Origin: Lama guanicoe
Taxonomy: Eukaryota
Assembly: GCA_013239625.1 (NCBI GenBank)
Contig: MU053881.1
Location: 620,001 to 684,000 of the forward strand
Direction: 5' to 3'
Length of the DNA: 64,000 nucleotides
The position numbers and the translations under genes were made by a program. Under the pieces are notes generated by a model. That model searched no databases and was not told the DNA's origin. It was given only the letters and a program-made list of their open reading frames with translations. Positions 32,701 to 47,700 of this stretch are shown here, piece after piece (the stretch's first letter is position 1; the number at the start of each line of letters is the position of its first letter).

Positions 32701-35700
32701 CTGATGCTCTACAAGCCTTGGCCATAAGAACACTTCCAGCCAGGGAGCAGACATTTCAGAACACATTGGAACATGAGCAGAAATGCACATAATGATCATG
32801 ATAAAAAATGACAATCATTCTCCACCCTACAGTGCCACGTGACTCTGCTGGGCTGGAGCATCTGGACTAAATACCATGGAGTTCAAATGTGTTAGGGAGC
32901 AGCACTCACCTGAATGTTGTAAGTTTACTGAAGCTTACGGTATTTTGAACATACAGATTTGACAGGTGGTTTAAATTAAAACAAAAAACAAAGAACAGAG
33001 CCTCTGAGAAGCACATTCCGTGTGATCTTTACCTGGTTTGCCTGACTCATTTTCACTGCCAAGGGAGTCAAAGGACAAGAGTAGCTGCCCCCTCCCTCCC
33101 TTTGCTCCCCAGCTACCGGGGACCTGGAACCCACGTGATGGATGTGGAAGCATAGCACACAGAGCAAAGCCCCGCTCACCTGGGCAGGTGGAACCAGCGA
33201 TCGGAAGGGCATAGTTCCCGGCTTTGGTTTCATCAGAAATAAGGAGTTTTGCTCATTGTTCAGATGAGGCAGCTGCTGGGGAAGATAAGCCATCAGGGCC
33301 GGCTTGCTCTGGCCGGCCCCCGGGCCACCTTGCCCACAGTCCGCTTTGTAGTGAGAGAGGGGTTTGGTGTTGCCGTAGTCCAGCACTGACCCTGGGCTAG
33401 CCACAGCATTCTGACTCAAGCTACTTGGTGGCTGGTGACTCAGCAGGCTCACATGGCTGGGCTGGAGGTAGGGGCCTCCGGGCCGAGGGGAACTCTTGTT
33501 CACACTTGGCATCATGAGCAGTTTGGAGCTGGTGAAGTCCTGCTTGTAGCCCTGAGGGCTGGCAGGCTTCTCCATGGGATAAGGGACATGTAAGGGACTG
33601 TGGGAGGAGCTTGTCTGCTGCCACGTGGACATCTGGCCTGGGGCTGGTGCTGGGGCAGCCTGCTGTGGGTTTTGGAGCATCTGCTCGCGTTTCTGCTTGG
33701 CAGCGATCTGCTGGAGCTGATGGGCAGAGGACAGCTCTGAGCCCCCTCCTGGGCCCTGGCTCGGCAACACCACACCAGAGAGGGCTCTCTGTGCGCTCTG
33801 GGCCTGGGCTGACGCCGGCATCAGGCTGGGACTGGGACTGTCCACCCCAGGCTGACCAGAGGTGTGGAACAGGGGCTGGGAGCCCCCTAGGCTGGGTGCA
33901 TCTGTGCTCACAGGGCCAGATGACGGCCCCAGGAAGGTCTGTCCTGCAGACCCAGCCCTCACTTGAGGAGAGCCTAACTGTTCTTGTTCAAAGGCTGCTG
34001 GAGAGAATTCCGTCTTAATGTTAATGTCCTGTGCCAAGGGGGTCTGTGTGGCAGAGCCAGAAGACTCTGGGTCCTTCTTCTCCTCAAAGTCCTCAGTAAA
34101 CAGATCCTTCATGTCTTCGTCGGGCACTGACCTGTTCAGCTCCTCGATGAGCTCCTTCCACTCCTGCTCGTTGAGGTTGAGGTCAGGCATGAGGTTGCTC
34201 TGAGATATGGAGCCTCCGGCCCCCGAGATCATGCAGGGCAGGTCGTCCACAGGCTCCTGCTTCAGCTCTCTGCTCAGGCTCAGGGGAAGGGACTCACCGG
34301 GGTTACCGCCTCCATTCAGGTGGAGGCTCGAGTCTGCCACACACTTCTTGCTGATGGAGTCCAGCCCTAGTGAGTGCTTCCCACCGGCCTGCAGGGCCTC
34401 TGCACCAGGCTTGTCCGGCTGACCAAGGGGGGAAGCTGGAGGCAGGCCATTGGAAGAGACAGCTACTCCAAGAGGGGCCTCGCGGCGCGTCTTCTTGTGT
34501 CCAGGAAAGAGTTCCCCGTAGCCATTCTGCTGCTCACCATTCTGAGGGGAGGTGGCACTATCGAGATTCCTCTTCACCGTGTCATGGAGATGCTGAGAAA
34601 CAGGAAAAAGAGTGACTGATATGCACAACACTATGTATCAGGTCCCCCTGCTTCCAATGGTGACATGAGCCAGGGGTCTGTATTCCTGAAGTGCCCTCCT
34701 GCCAGTTTTGCTTGCCCAGTTTACACACTCCATTTCCGGGAACACACCCCCATCTTCTCTCCAGGGCTCTCCCTCCCCTGGGGCCCGTGGCCCTGCCTGA
34801 GTCAGGATTAGCTCAGCTGTGGGAAAGCAGCCTCCCTGCAGTCAGCGCATCAGTCCCTGGACTTCTGCAGCTGCCTGTCGTCATCTAATCTGAGGGTGCC
34901 AGAGGATGGAGGCGACAAGGAAAAGCAGAGGATGCACATACATTCTTGAGGACATCATTAGAACCCCGGATCTAGGTTATACCCGAGACCAGCCTGTTCC
35001 TCTGGACTTTCCACTTATGGGAACCCATAAACTCTTCCTTGTGTTTAAACCTGTTTAACGTGGATTTCTGCTGCCCTCAGCTGAAGGAGACCTGGCCAGT
35101 ACAGGCTCTTTCTCAGGCTTTGTTGGGGGCTGACCGCAAGCCCCAGGCCTCCATCTTGGTGCACAGGCATTTCCCAGCCTTTCCAGGTGCCCTTACTCGG
35201 CTCCATCCCTTCTCTCCAGGCTGGGCTGCTTCCTCACATGCCTTACAGGCCTCTGTCTTTTGTCTCATTCTCCTCCCCACCAACCCTGAGCATCTCATCC
35301 CCTGCACCCAAGCACCGGCCCTCAAAAACCCTACCACTTCTTAGTAAGACCACTAATTTGAACACAGTCAGGTCTGTCTGGCACCGATTCTCACCTCCCC
35401 ATGTTCATTCTATTAACCTTATTAACAGTCTACTGTGTGTCAGGGGCAAGTGCTACGGGAACATCAAGACAAATGAGGGGGTCCCTGCTCATCATGGGTT
35501 TCCAGTCTTCTAGGACACGAGACATACACGGACATGTTTACAGAATAAGGACAAGTGCCCTATGCAAGCAGTAGAGCAATGAGCACCTGGAGAGTTCAGG
35601 GCAGGGGTTTCATGGGGGAGAACATGACACTGCGAGTGGGGAAGGGAGAAGGTGGTATCTTTCCACTGTTTCCCTAGCCTTGTTTTCAGCTGTCAGGACA

Positions 35701-38700
35701 CAACTCCTCCACTAACAGAGGCACCTACACTCAGCCTCTAAACATGGGTGCTCCTTTCCTATGTTTAGTTCTGTTACATTTCCGTCCTTCGCTCCCCACT
35801 CCCAGTTCCACCCTCTTCTCCCCTCTCCCACTAGCCCTAAGCATCTATACTGTGCTATGTACACAGCTCCAAACAACAGCTTTACTTATCAGCTTTAAAT
35901 AAATTTCAGAGGAGTCGGGGAGCAGCACGCAGCACTCAGCTGCAGAGAAGAGCCACAACGACCCATCACACCCACCCTGGGAGCCTGACTACAGGAGTAC
36001 CTGATGGGGAGGCAGGGGGCGCAGGAGGCACCAACGCTCAGCAGCAAACTGCTTGCTGGGAACAAAGTGCAAGAAAACCAGGAGGGCAGTTTCATCAACC
36101 TCTGAGTTTCAGTTTTAATGCATTCATCTCCCTCTTCCTTCAAGACTTTCTTAATTCTTATCCATTAAAGCTGACTGCACAGCAGTCTGTAAATTCTGGC
36201 TGAGGAAGTATTTCTTTAAATCCATATCTGGGTACCCACGTTAGCTCAGAAAAACTTAGGAATGCTCGATATATGGAACTGTAGGGCAGAGGAATAAGCG
36301 AAACACGATCCCGAATCCAGACCCTCAGAACACAGCCCCTTCAAGAGGACCAGAGCTTACGCTCCTGTAGGTTCTTCTGCTTCCTGACGCCACCTAGGGG
36401 TGAGAGGGGGAAGGACACACAATCCTAAAGCGGACCCTTTACAAGATCTATTGTTTGAGTTTCCTTTGGGGAAGGTAAATTCATATCCATTTAATTGGTC
36501 AGAAGAAAATCAAAGTAAGTTGCTAATTTTTCTTGGATTTGTATTCTTTTATATTTTCTTTTTGGAAAAATCATGTGTTCCCCGGTGTTAGGTTTGGGCT
36601 CTCTGCAAACCTGAGAGCTCACTTTCCCACTGTCCTCAGGGAAGATGGAAAGCTAAGAGGTCAAGGCACTCAATGAGTCAGCTGGTAGTCCCACATTAGA
36701 AGCAGAGTCCTTCTCTACCCTGACGATTATAAAAGCTACCACTCCCTCTTTCAATGTTCACACGCAAACAGCTGCAGACAAGTTCCAAAGTAACAACTTA
36801 ATTCTGCAACACCAATTGCTTTTAGCCAAAGGAAACACCAGGTCATTTTCTCAACAAAATTTAACTGGAATGAAGTAGGCGGGGTTGGGGAGTGGGGAGT
36901 GTGGAATGCGGTGGCCCTGGCATTTTTAAGCCTTGAGTTATTTGCAAGAATGCCTGATGTAGGGCACTGTAGAGGAGGGCAAAGATGAGTAAACCATGGA
37001 CCTTTCCCTCCAGGAATGTGTAACAGAGATGGGAAAATGGTCTGAACAGATTATAAGTTATTTAAGAACGAATGCAGTGAGAGCTATAAAGCATACAAGC
37101 CTGGCTGCCATGTATAGTTACACGTGCTTGCCCTCAGAGGGCTGGTACTCCTGGCTACCAAGTTCAGAGGTTCCTGTTGTAACTACAGGAGCAGTCTGCT
37201 GGTGCACTAGGAGGATCCAGTTCTGGGATAACGTGATCTGGTGCTCATTCCTTCACAGAGGGTTTTGCTGAAGAATACTGCATGCCTGATGGTGAACTGG
37301 AGGCCCTGCATGCTCACCCAGGCAGTCTTCCACCAATGCACCCCACAGGCCTGACTCCTCCTCCAGCCTGGGCCGCACACCATCGTCAAGTTCTGGGAGA
37401 GGGGCCCGAGTCAAGCTGGAGTTGCCACACCCTATGGGTACCAAAGCAGCACCCTGTCCCTACCCACCCACTAGCCTTATCGGACAGTCCCTCATCACGT
37501 CTCTACTTCCTCCCTCTCCCACCAACCACCAATGAAATTCCAATGTGCTTTGTGGTCAGACTCCCCCAAATCAGAGTCCTTCCACTCTGAGTTAGCACAC
37601 AGGTGTGGCTGTTGAACACAGGGAGCTCTCTCGTCAATGCTCCTTATGCACCGGTGCTTCCCGCCCACCTCACTGGGCACGTGCAGCTCCCCCTGCTCTC
37701 CAAACACCCACCCCTAGCCCTGACAGTCAGCATTCTGGTCCACCTTCCAGGAACCGACTGGATGTTGGACGTGGGGAAGGTAAGGGACAGGGAGGACTTA
37801 GGGGGACTGCTTTCCCCGAGACCGGCTACGTTCTCAGTCTTCCCCTTCCCCTCTCTCCCTCCTCTATCACCTGCCACTTAACTCCTTCCACCTTTTAAGT
37901 TCTTTTTCCTCATAGTTCTTTACCATATCATCTTGCTTTCTCTTCTTTTCTAGTTGTTTCTTCTCAGTCTCCTTGAGATAAACACGAGTCCCCTTCAAAT
38001 AAACACGAGTCTTCTCCCTTTTTCATTCTACATACGTTCCCATGTCTTCAAATTCTTATTACAGAACATCACATTCAGAATAAATCCCACTGCCCAGGGG
38101 CAAGTGCCTGCCTCCTTTCACAGGCCATCCCTACTGCGCACCATGTCCAAGTCACATGGCCTTTTGATAGTTTCTCAAATGTGCCCGCTCCCTCCTGCCT
38201 CAGAGCCTTTGCCCAGAACACTTCTCCCTCTTGATGTCAGGGGTAGCTTGTCTCCTAATTCAGGCCCCTGATCTCCTCAAAGTCATCATCAGCTCACCTG
38301 CTCCTTCCGCACAGTCACTCTTGATCCTATCTCCTTGTTAATTCCCACATTTAGGCACTAATTTGAGTGGGCCCAGCTCTCCCCAATAGAATGAGAAGCA
38401 GAGATCCCGCACCTAAAACAATGCCTAGCACGTTCGTTCACAGGTATTTATGGAGTGCTACCTCTAACCCACCCATGTCCACAGAGCTTCAGACTCCTGT
38501 CTGTCCAACTACCTAGCTGGTGTGCTCTACTGGGGCACACTACACATCACTCAGACGAAGTCTGTCCAAACCTGAAGCAGCCTCTCCCCAGTCTTGCTCT
38601 CCTTGCCTCTGTGCCTGTCTCAGAGACCGTCACTGCTATCCGTCCTATCAGAAACCAGCAGGCTGCTCTTGCCCCTCCTCCTCTACTCCCTGCATCCCTT

Positions 38701-41700
38701 CCTCCTCTACTCCCTGCATCCCCGTCAGTACCCTGGGCCTGCTGAGTCCCCCTCCCTACCATTCCCTGAATCCACAATGCTCTGCATTCACTAACACCCA
38801 TTCCTCTTGCCTGAATTACTTTCATCGTGTCTAAAGCTAGTCTTGTTGCAGCCCCACCCTCACTGATACTCTGTACTTTGATCAGAGTGACTGTGCTGAA
38901 GGGCAAGTCTGATTCTGTACCTCACTGCCCTCAGTCTCCATAATCCTGAGCTGTCCTTCAGGCTCTAGCACCAGCTTAACTCCCCACCAGCTCCAGCCAC
39001 ATCCACGTTGCACTCCAGTGGTGTGGCTCGTTGGAACATCTCAGAAGTGCAGGTTGAAACAAATAAAGTCACCTAACTTTTAAGGTGACAGAGTTAAATA
39101 CTGGTAATTTCAACCTCATACCATGCTCACTTCTTTCCATGAGCTCTTCCAGCACCCTATATGTACAGAGAGGCCCCTCAGGAATGTTGGCTGCTATTAG
39201 AAAAGACCTTCTCCAGGTAAAGTGGATCTATTTTCATGAAATATTCAAGATTTCAATGATTTGAGGAAAAAAATCTGTGAAGTCCAAAGTTGCAACTTTG
39301 ATAAGACACAAAATTTGAGCCAAATGCTACAAGGACAAGTCATTACTTCCTTAGGGCGCCTCTTGGACCACTCAGCACCTATACTTACTAAATCCCCACT
39401 GCTTTAAAATCTCACTAGACCATCAGAGGTACCCGGAAGACGAGTATCGTCATTCCTGTTTCCACAGCAGATGAAAGTCCAGACCCCCACAGCCCTGCCC
39501 TTCTCCGGGGCAGATGAGACAGAGCCCAAGTTAGTCCCACCTGCACTTGTGAAGCTGAAAGAGCAGTCTGATGTGAAACACAAGCAGCAGGGAGTGAGTC
39601 AGAGTTTCACACTCTAAGGAGAACCTCCCTGAGACCAAGCGCCAAGAGCCCTGTCCATGAAGATGCTACCAGAAGAACGGGCTGTGCTATGAGGGGTCTC
39701 ACACATCAAAGCCACGAGCAATTCTCTGTAAAATATTTAAAGAGAAAGTGTCACAGATCCTTCCGTAATCTGCCATTAAAATTCCCACTCTTAAGACAAT
39801 ACCTGTCTGAACAGTCTGGCATTGTCACGGACTTAGAAGCATCGGGAGCACTAGCAGCTCTGTGAGCACCACCCCTGCCACTGAAGCCACCGACAAGGAC
39901 GTGCTGAAAGCGGCAAGTTCTGACAAGTTTACTTTCCAGAAAACTTCATGGTTTCGTGCCTAGACATTTTTACCATTACCTTAAAAAAAAAACAACCACC
40001 TTCTTATTCTGAAAGAATCACATCATAGAAAGTTGCAAAGTGAGTAAGAAGGACCTGTGTACCCTTCACCCAGTTTCCCCCAGCAGCTCTACTTTATATA
40101 TTATAGCAAAGTATTAGCCAGGTAGAAGATATGGGCAGAATGTGTGTGTACAGTTCTATGTCATTTTAGCATATTACTGTCATCCTTTTGAGAGAAAACT
40201 TTTTAAAAAGTAATGTAACCTCTTCCTGCATGATTATAAAGCAGAAAGTTAAAATTCACACTGTATACTGAGAATCAAAACTGCAAAACAGATTGGCTCT
40301 TGTGCTTGGCAGGCAGTCCATACACTCCCTTTGCTACAGAAAAACCTATTTCAGAAGCCACGTTAGGCTCAGAATGTTGCATGGTGCACATGAAAACAAA
40401 GAAAGTCCTGCTAACTGGCTGTGTGATCTCAGTTAAGATGCAATCCTTCTAGGATCTGCTTTCATGTCCTATAAAATGAAGATCCTGGGTAAGATGACCT
40501 ACAGTTCCAGTCAGCTCTAAAGGTCCAGACTGCTCTCCTGTTACTACTGATCATTGCCCTGTACAGGGAGGTGCCCTCATGGGTTCATGTCATGCTCATT
40601 CACCGAGATCCTATGTGTCAGACACTGCCCTACACAGGCTGTGTGCAAAATAATGGTCAGTACAGATATTCACTAGGTTTTTAACTATATTATAGGCAGA
40701 GCACTAAGCACTGGAGATAAAAAGATAAACAAGACACAGTTTCTGCCTCACACCTGGATGTAGCAGAGAAGCAATGAAGGCAGGCCAGATATTACGGAAG
40801 GTATTAAGAGAAGAGATGGCAGAAAAGTGTGGGGATGGCATGCCACACTTCCTAGAAGGGGACACCTGAGTTAGGTATTAAATGGGCAGAGAAGTCATCC
40901 AGGAAAAGGTGCGGGGGTGAGGGGGGAAGCACTCTGGCTGAGAGGCAAAGGCAAGGATATACAAAAGAGCACTGAAGTGGTCATGGAGGGAGGCAGTGGA
41001 CAAAGGGAGGCAAGCAGAAAACAATGAGTAGTTTAATGTTGCATAAGTGTAAAGGGCACAACAGAGTGCTGAAACGGAGAGGCTGGAATGGACGCTGATA
41101 GTCCCAAAATGTGACTTAGTGGAAAATTTCATAAAGTACACAAACTAGAGAGAAAGGTATAATGAAGACCAGTATGCCCAGCATCCAACTTATACAAATA
41201 TTAGTGTTTGGCCATTCTGTTTGATTATATCCTTATCTTCCCCCACCCCCCACATCCTCCCAAACCTGGATAATTTTTTTTTAATTTGGCTTTTCATTGA
41301 AGTGTATTTGATTTACAATGTTAGTTTCAGATGTACAGCAAAGTAATTCAGTTATACATATACATACATATAATATCTTTTCTTTTCAGATTCTTTTCCA
41401 TTATGTTATTATAAGAAATTGAGTATTTCCCTGTGCTGTACAGTAGGTCCTTGTTGTTTATTTTATATATAGTAATGTGTATTTGTTAATCCCAAACTCC
41501 TAATTTATCCCTCCTCCACCCCAAACCTGGATAATTTAAAAAATAAACCTGAGGCATAATATCATTTAATCCACAAATTCAGTATGTATCTCTAAAAGTA
41601 AGAAATCCTTTTTTTTTTAGAACTCTTAAAAATACATGCATGTGTACAACATCACAATGCCATTATCACACCTAAAACATTAATTATTCTTTATTGTCAC

Positions 41701-44700
41701 CATCTCAAACTCATTGGATGGCTACTATAAAAGAAAACTAGAAAAGAACAAGTGTTGACAAGGATAGAGAGAAACTGGAACCCTTGTGCACTACTGGCAG
41801 GAATGCAAAGTGGTGCAGCCACCATGAAAACGGTATGGAGGCTCCTCAAAAAAAAATTTTTTTTTCAAGATTTACCACATTAGCCAGCAACTTCGTTTCT
41901 AAAAGAATTCCATTTCCAAAAGAACTGAAAGCAAGGACTTGAATAGATATTTGTACACCTATGCTCACAGTAGCATTCTACACAACAGCCAAAAGGCAGA
42001 AGCAATCCAGGGGTCCATCAACAGATAAATGGATGAACAAAATGTGGTATGCACACACAGTGGAATATTGCTCAGCATTAAAAAGGAAAGAAATTTGGAC
42101 ACATGCTACAACATGGGTGAATCTCGAGGACATTGTTAAGTGAAATAAACCAGTCATAAAAGGACGAACACTGCATGATTCTACTCATGAGGTACCTGAA
42201 GCAGTCGAACTCACTAAAGAGAAAGCAGAAATTTTTGTCTTGCAGAAACATTTTTATTCACATTTTCCGTAATCTGGTGGGTACAACAGCAAATTATTTG
42301 GAATTCCGTTCTGAATTAAAGCTGCACCTGCAGACGTTACTTAAAATACAGTACACCAGAGGACAGGGAGAGGAGGAAACGGGGAATGGCTGTTTAGTGG
42401 GTACAGTGCTTCAGTTTTGCAAGATGAAAGAATTCTGGAGATGGATGGCGATGTGGTGGCACACAATGTGACTGTACCTTATACTACTGAACTGTACACT
42501 TAATAGTGGGTAAGACTGTAAATTTTTATGTGATGTTTATTTTACCACAATTAAAATTTTTTTGATTATTTATTATTGCCCTATATCCCATCAGTGTTAT
42601 TAATATCTTTCTCAAACAAAACTAAACATAATAAATTATAGGAAATTTCAAACATACATTACAGTGGAGAGAAAGTGTAATGACCCCCATGTACCCACTG
42701 CCCAACTGAAACAACACACAGCCCATCTTCTTATTCACACACAACCCACGCTCCCTGGGCTAACCTAGGAATCATCATGCATCGCTAAAACAGAAAAAGC
42801 CCTTTAAAAGAATCACAAAAGAACCCTTCAAGAACTTTAAAAATGTGACCTAAAAATGTTATTAAGGATAATTAAGCCACTTTATAGATGGGGAAACTGA
42901 GGCTTGGAGACAGAATGTGCGTCACTGAAGGTTGCACAGCAAACTGATGGCAGATATGGACTATGTGATAACATTACAAAAAAAGATGGTCCACAAAAGG
43001 ATGAGTCTAGTTAACCGAACCTTCATCGCTTTTAAGCAGCATCGTGGTTTTTTTTTTTTAATACAGGCTTTCACATAATACAAAGCTTATTTAAAATCCA
43101 CCTCGGTCAATCACAAGATCTTGGGCAATATGCTTTGCTTTCTGAAACTTACTTCTTTCATTTATATGATGGGACTAATAATACCTATTTCACAGACTTG
43201 TGAAAATTAAATGAAGCATGTCAGACAAAATTAAGGTTAAGTGCTTATCTTAAAATTTATGGCTAACTATCAAAATAACAGAATGTGGTTTTTAGCTTTA
43301 GAACCAGCGTCAGAACAAAAGGATCATAGAAAACATCAACCTACCCAAAAGCTGAAGAGAAAGGAAGAAGCAAGGGGATAATAAACCAACAAATACTAAA
43401 CACAAAAGAACAGAAATAGCTTCAAATATATCAGTCATTATGTAAATGTAAATGAATTAAACTCCCCAATGGAAAGTTAGAGACAAAAAAACCCCATAAC
43501 ACCATTACTGAATGTTAAAAAAAAAATCAGGGGGGAAGGTATAGCTCAAGCGGTAGAGCACACGCTTAGCATGCACGAGGTCCTGGGTTCAACCCCAGGA
43601 CCACTCTAAAACTGACTAAATATACCTAATTGCCCACCCCCCCAAAAAAACTAATAAAAAAAATCAAATGGTGGTTACAGCTGACTATTCAAATCAGGAT
43701 TAAACATACATGGGTGACATGTTCTTAAGGCTCCTTCAATATGTAACAGTCCTCTCTCCCTTTTTCCCTTTGTCGTTTATTTGTCCAGGATGCTTAGTCA
43801 CTGTCCTATAGAATTTCCCACCTTCTCAGTTGGCTGACTGTAGGCCCCCATGGGGTCCTTTATAAGTTCTTCTATCCTTGGTATTTCCTATAAACTGGCA
43901 GTTAGAGGCTTGATCAGATTCAAATTTGGCAGAAGGAGGTGTAAATACTTATAGGTGATGTTGTGTTGAGTATCATTTTAATAGGACCTTAGCAGATGAG
44001 GTCAGATTCGTGTTTTATAAGCTCTCTATAATGACTGTGTGGCAGATGGATTTCAGGGAGGGAAGCTACAGGCAGAGTGCACAAGCAGGAAACTGCAGAG
44101 ATAGTCCATGAAAGAGACAAGGACCTGACCATGGGTGTGGGGAAGAAGAGATGATTTCAGATTCAGGGTGGAAGAAAGGTCAGCAGATACTGGAGACCGA
44201 TTTTATATTGGGGCTGAGGGAGAAAGGAGTTTCTATCTGATTTGCACACATGGGTACAACAGAGAACAAAGGAAAAGCAGGGTCCGAGGCGGGGGAAGGG
44301 GTCGTTCAGTTCTAGATATGAAGAGATGACTGGACCAGCCAGGCAATGTCCAAGAGGCAGTGAACAGCACTGACTATGAGTTCCATGGAAAGACAGTCAA
44401 CAGCAGCTGAAACCATGAGCGGGTCCACCCACCCGGATAAATGAGAAGTCAGCTAAGGGCAGGGGAAGAGCCCACACTGAAGACGGAGCACAACAGCGAG
44501 TGACTAGGTAAATGCGTCAGAAAAGCCCAGAAAGATAAAAGGTGAACATGCCCATTGTGTCTAGGCACTAAAGGATCACCCATATTGTTGCCCAGAGCAG
44601 TTCCAGAAGTGACTGGAGTAAAAACCCTTGACTTCTGAGAAGTAACCGGGAGGCGAGTAAGTAGAGAGAATATGGACTGTTCTTTTCCAAGTTTAGTTTA

Positions 44701-47700
44701 AAAAGGGAGATACAGAGACAAAGTAGATTAGTGGTTGCTTAGGGTCGGAAGGGAGGGAGTAGGGGGGTTCAATGGGGTAAGGGAAGTAGGTTTCTTTTTC
44801 GGGTAATAAAATGTTCTAAAACTGATTGTGCTGATGGTTACACAACTCCGTAAGTATACTAAAACCCATCAAACCGTACATTTTAAATGAGTGAACTGTA
44901 CGATATGTAAATTATATTTCAATAAATTTGTTTTTAAAAAGTGGGGGCGAGAGACTGGTTGGTAGCTAGAAAGGGTCAAAGGTGGGTTATTTTGGAATAA
45001 TACTTGAGCTCACTTGAAGAACAGCAGATAATTGTTGATTAGACTAGATCTCTCTGAAATCCTCTGGAAATCTGCAATTCTATGAATGCAATCAACCACA
45101 GGAATATATGAACATGAAAAAGATGTATCATGACAACTACTGAAAGCATGACCACCATGATCTTCCCATTCATGGGGAAATTCTGACTTAATTACGGGCT
45201 ATGTATATAAAAGGGATGCCATGCCCTTCCAAAACCATGCCCTTCCCCGGGTTCCCTACTCCATCTAGCCTCTTCAAGGCCCTTGCTCATTCAGTTACCA
45301 CATTTTTCTCTATTTGCCACTCATCTCCCTCTTTACCAGCTCCTCCCACCCCTGACAAACGCTCAGTACCTCCCATCTTTTGACCTTCATCCTACTCTAA
45401 TACTATTTTTAGCACAGTGTTAAGAGCATGGCTAGGCTGGGTTTGAATCCTGCTTTAGTTGCTTAACTACTGTATGTTCACAGGCAAATTACTAAACATC
45501 CAGAGAAGCTCTGGTTCCTCATCTGAAAAAGAAGGGGCGGGGCTGGGGAGGAGAGCCACTTCCTGGGGGGCTGAGAGGCACATCACTGCTGCTTATTAAG
45601 TAGCTGATAAAGTCCTTACTGTTCAGCTAATCCTCTTCCCTTCAGAGCTTCAAAGACCAGCCTCTACTCTGTAATACTCACCAAGGTGACCTCCTGGTTC
45701 TTAAATCCAAGGAACGCTTTTTCAACTGTATCTACTTGACCTTTTTGAGGCACTGAGCTCTGATGACCACTCCCCCTTCTCTCAACATCTTCCTCCCTTA
45801 GGGTCCCTGCAAGCACTCTGGACCTGCTCCTGCTTCCAAGGCCATTCTTCGCAGTGATGACACCTGCAGGGCCTTCGTCCCTTTCACTGCTGTCACCTCC
45901 TCAGGCAACCCCATCCACACGCAAGGCCTCAGCCACAGCCTTGACACCCTGGCACAGAGCAGGCACTCAAATATTTACTGAGTGAACATTTCCTGGATCA
46001 TCTTCTTTGTGCCCAGCCTTCTGCCCTGTGCTCTAGACAACTGGAAACTGGTAATCTCCCCAAGGATGTCAGACAGGAGATCCTCCAAACTCAGCTCTTT
46101 GCCTTCCTCCCCAAATCTGTCCCTTCCCCTCTTGCTCCCCGACTTGGTACACGGCTTAGTCCTTGACCTCTCAGATGACCAGGCATTGATTTCTGCTGAC
46201 TGTGCCTTTTTGTAAATCCCTCTCCAGGGAGATCCCTCCATGCCACATCCATCTTAGTTCAACTCCTCATTATTATTGTTTTTACTGAAATTACTGAAGT
46301 AACTTTATGCTGATGGGCTTCTACTCTCTCTTCGTTCTAACCCACCCTGTGTGATGTTTTCAATGTGATCTCTCTAAAACACATATCCGAACCATTTAAA
46401 ATTCCTTATTTCCCCATCACTTACACATCAATTCCTTAACCTGGCCATGTACAGACCAGTTTGGTCTGATCTCAATAAACTTTTCCCTTTAACCCCCTGC
46501 TGTTGTTCCCTTGAGGCCTTAACACTGAACTCCTTTCAGGACTGAGAATATACCTCTAGCCTGGCGCCCTCCTACTAACCTTTAAGATTTTAGCCCAAAC
46601 ATCAACTCCTCTATAGTATTTTTTCCCTGACCACTTAGCGCACACCCGGTCAAGTTCCCTACTCCATCCCTAGTCGGGGAATAATCTTTAACAGAACTTT
46701 GTACGTAGTACTTGTATTCCAGGGCCAGTCACATTGTAAATACTCACTGATCTGTTTCCCTGCATCTCCCTCCATCCGTGGAGGGCAAGAGCCCTGTCCT
46801 TTTCATCCTCAGTGCCAGGCCCAATGCTCAGCAAGTTACAAGCCCCCAGTGAACATTTCCAGAATTCACCCTCCCACCTTCCCCCTCGCTCCCTTTCACA
46901 GTCATTCTACTGCTAGTTAGCCTCAGGGGTACTTGTCCTTCAGTTTCGGGGGCTCTCTGCCCAGTGATGAAGGCAGTGCTAGTTCACGTAATCTTCATGA
47001 CCACCTACGAGGTTGGCGCTGAACTATTATTCCCAGTTTTAAGATCAAGACACTGAGGCTCAGAGTGAGTAGAAAGTGAGCGCTGAACCAGGCCGTGGAC
47101 ACAAGTCTGTCTGACTCAAGTCATTTCCCAAAGTCCAACCTGGGTGACTGCTTCAAACCTGCCTCTTTTCACCTCACAACGTCTCAGCGGCTTTATTTAC
47201 CAACTCTTTTTCCTTCTCCCTCTTCTCTGAGAGGGAGACATCTCTCCTTGCAAAGATTAACTCCCTTCAGCTGCACCTTCTTATTCCCTCTGGACCTGCC
47301 TCATCTGAGACTTTACCCCTTCAAATTCTTCCCTTCCCCACCTCAAAAATAACTTCAGTCTGTTTTGCCTCAGAACAGACGTTCTCAAGGCATAGTCCCA
47401 GACTAGTAGCATCAGCACCACCTGGGAACCTATTAGAAATGCAAATTCTCAGGCATTAATTTGGGGTTAATGAGACCCACTGAGTCAGAAACTCAGGGTT
47501 AGCCCCAGGAAAGTTTTAACAAACCCCCCAGAGGTACTCCCATTAAAAATAAGCAGGTGGAAAAAAAAAAACAACAGGTGGGAAAAAAAGCAGGTGAAGC
47601 TAATTTTAATAATTTAACACAAAATACTGCTTTTTCAAATGTAATCACTATTTTAAAAAAGAGATTTTGCATTCTTTTTTGGTACTCAGTTTTCAAAATC

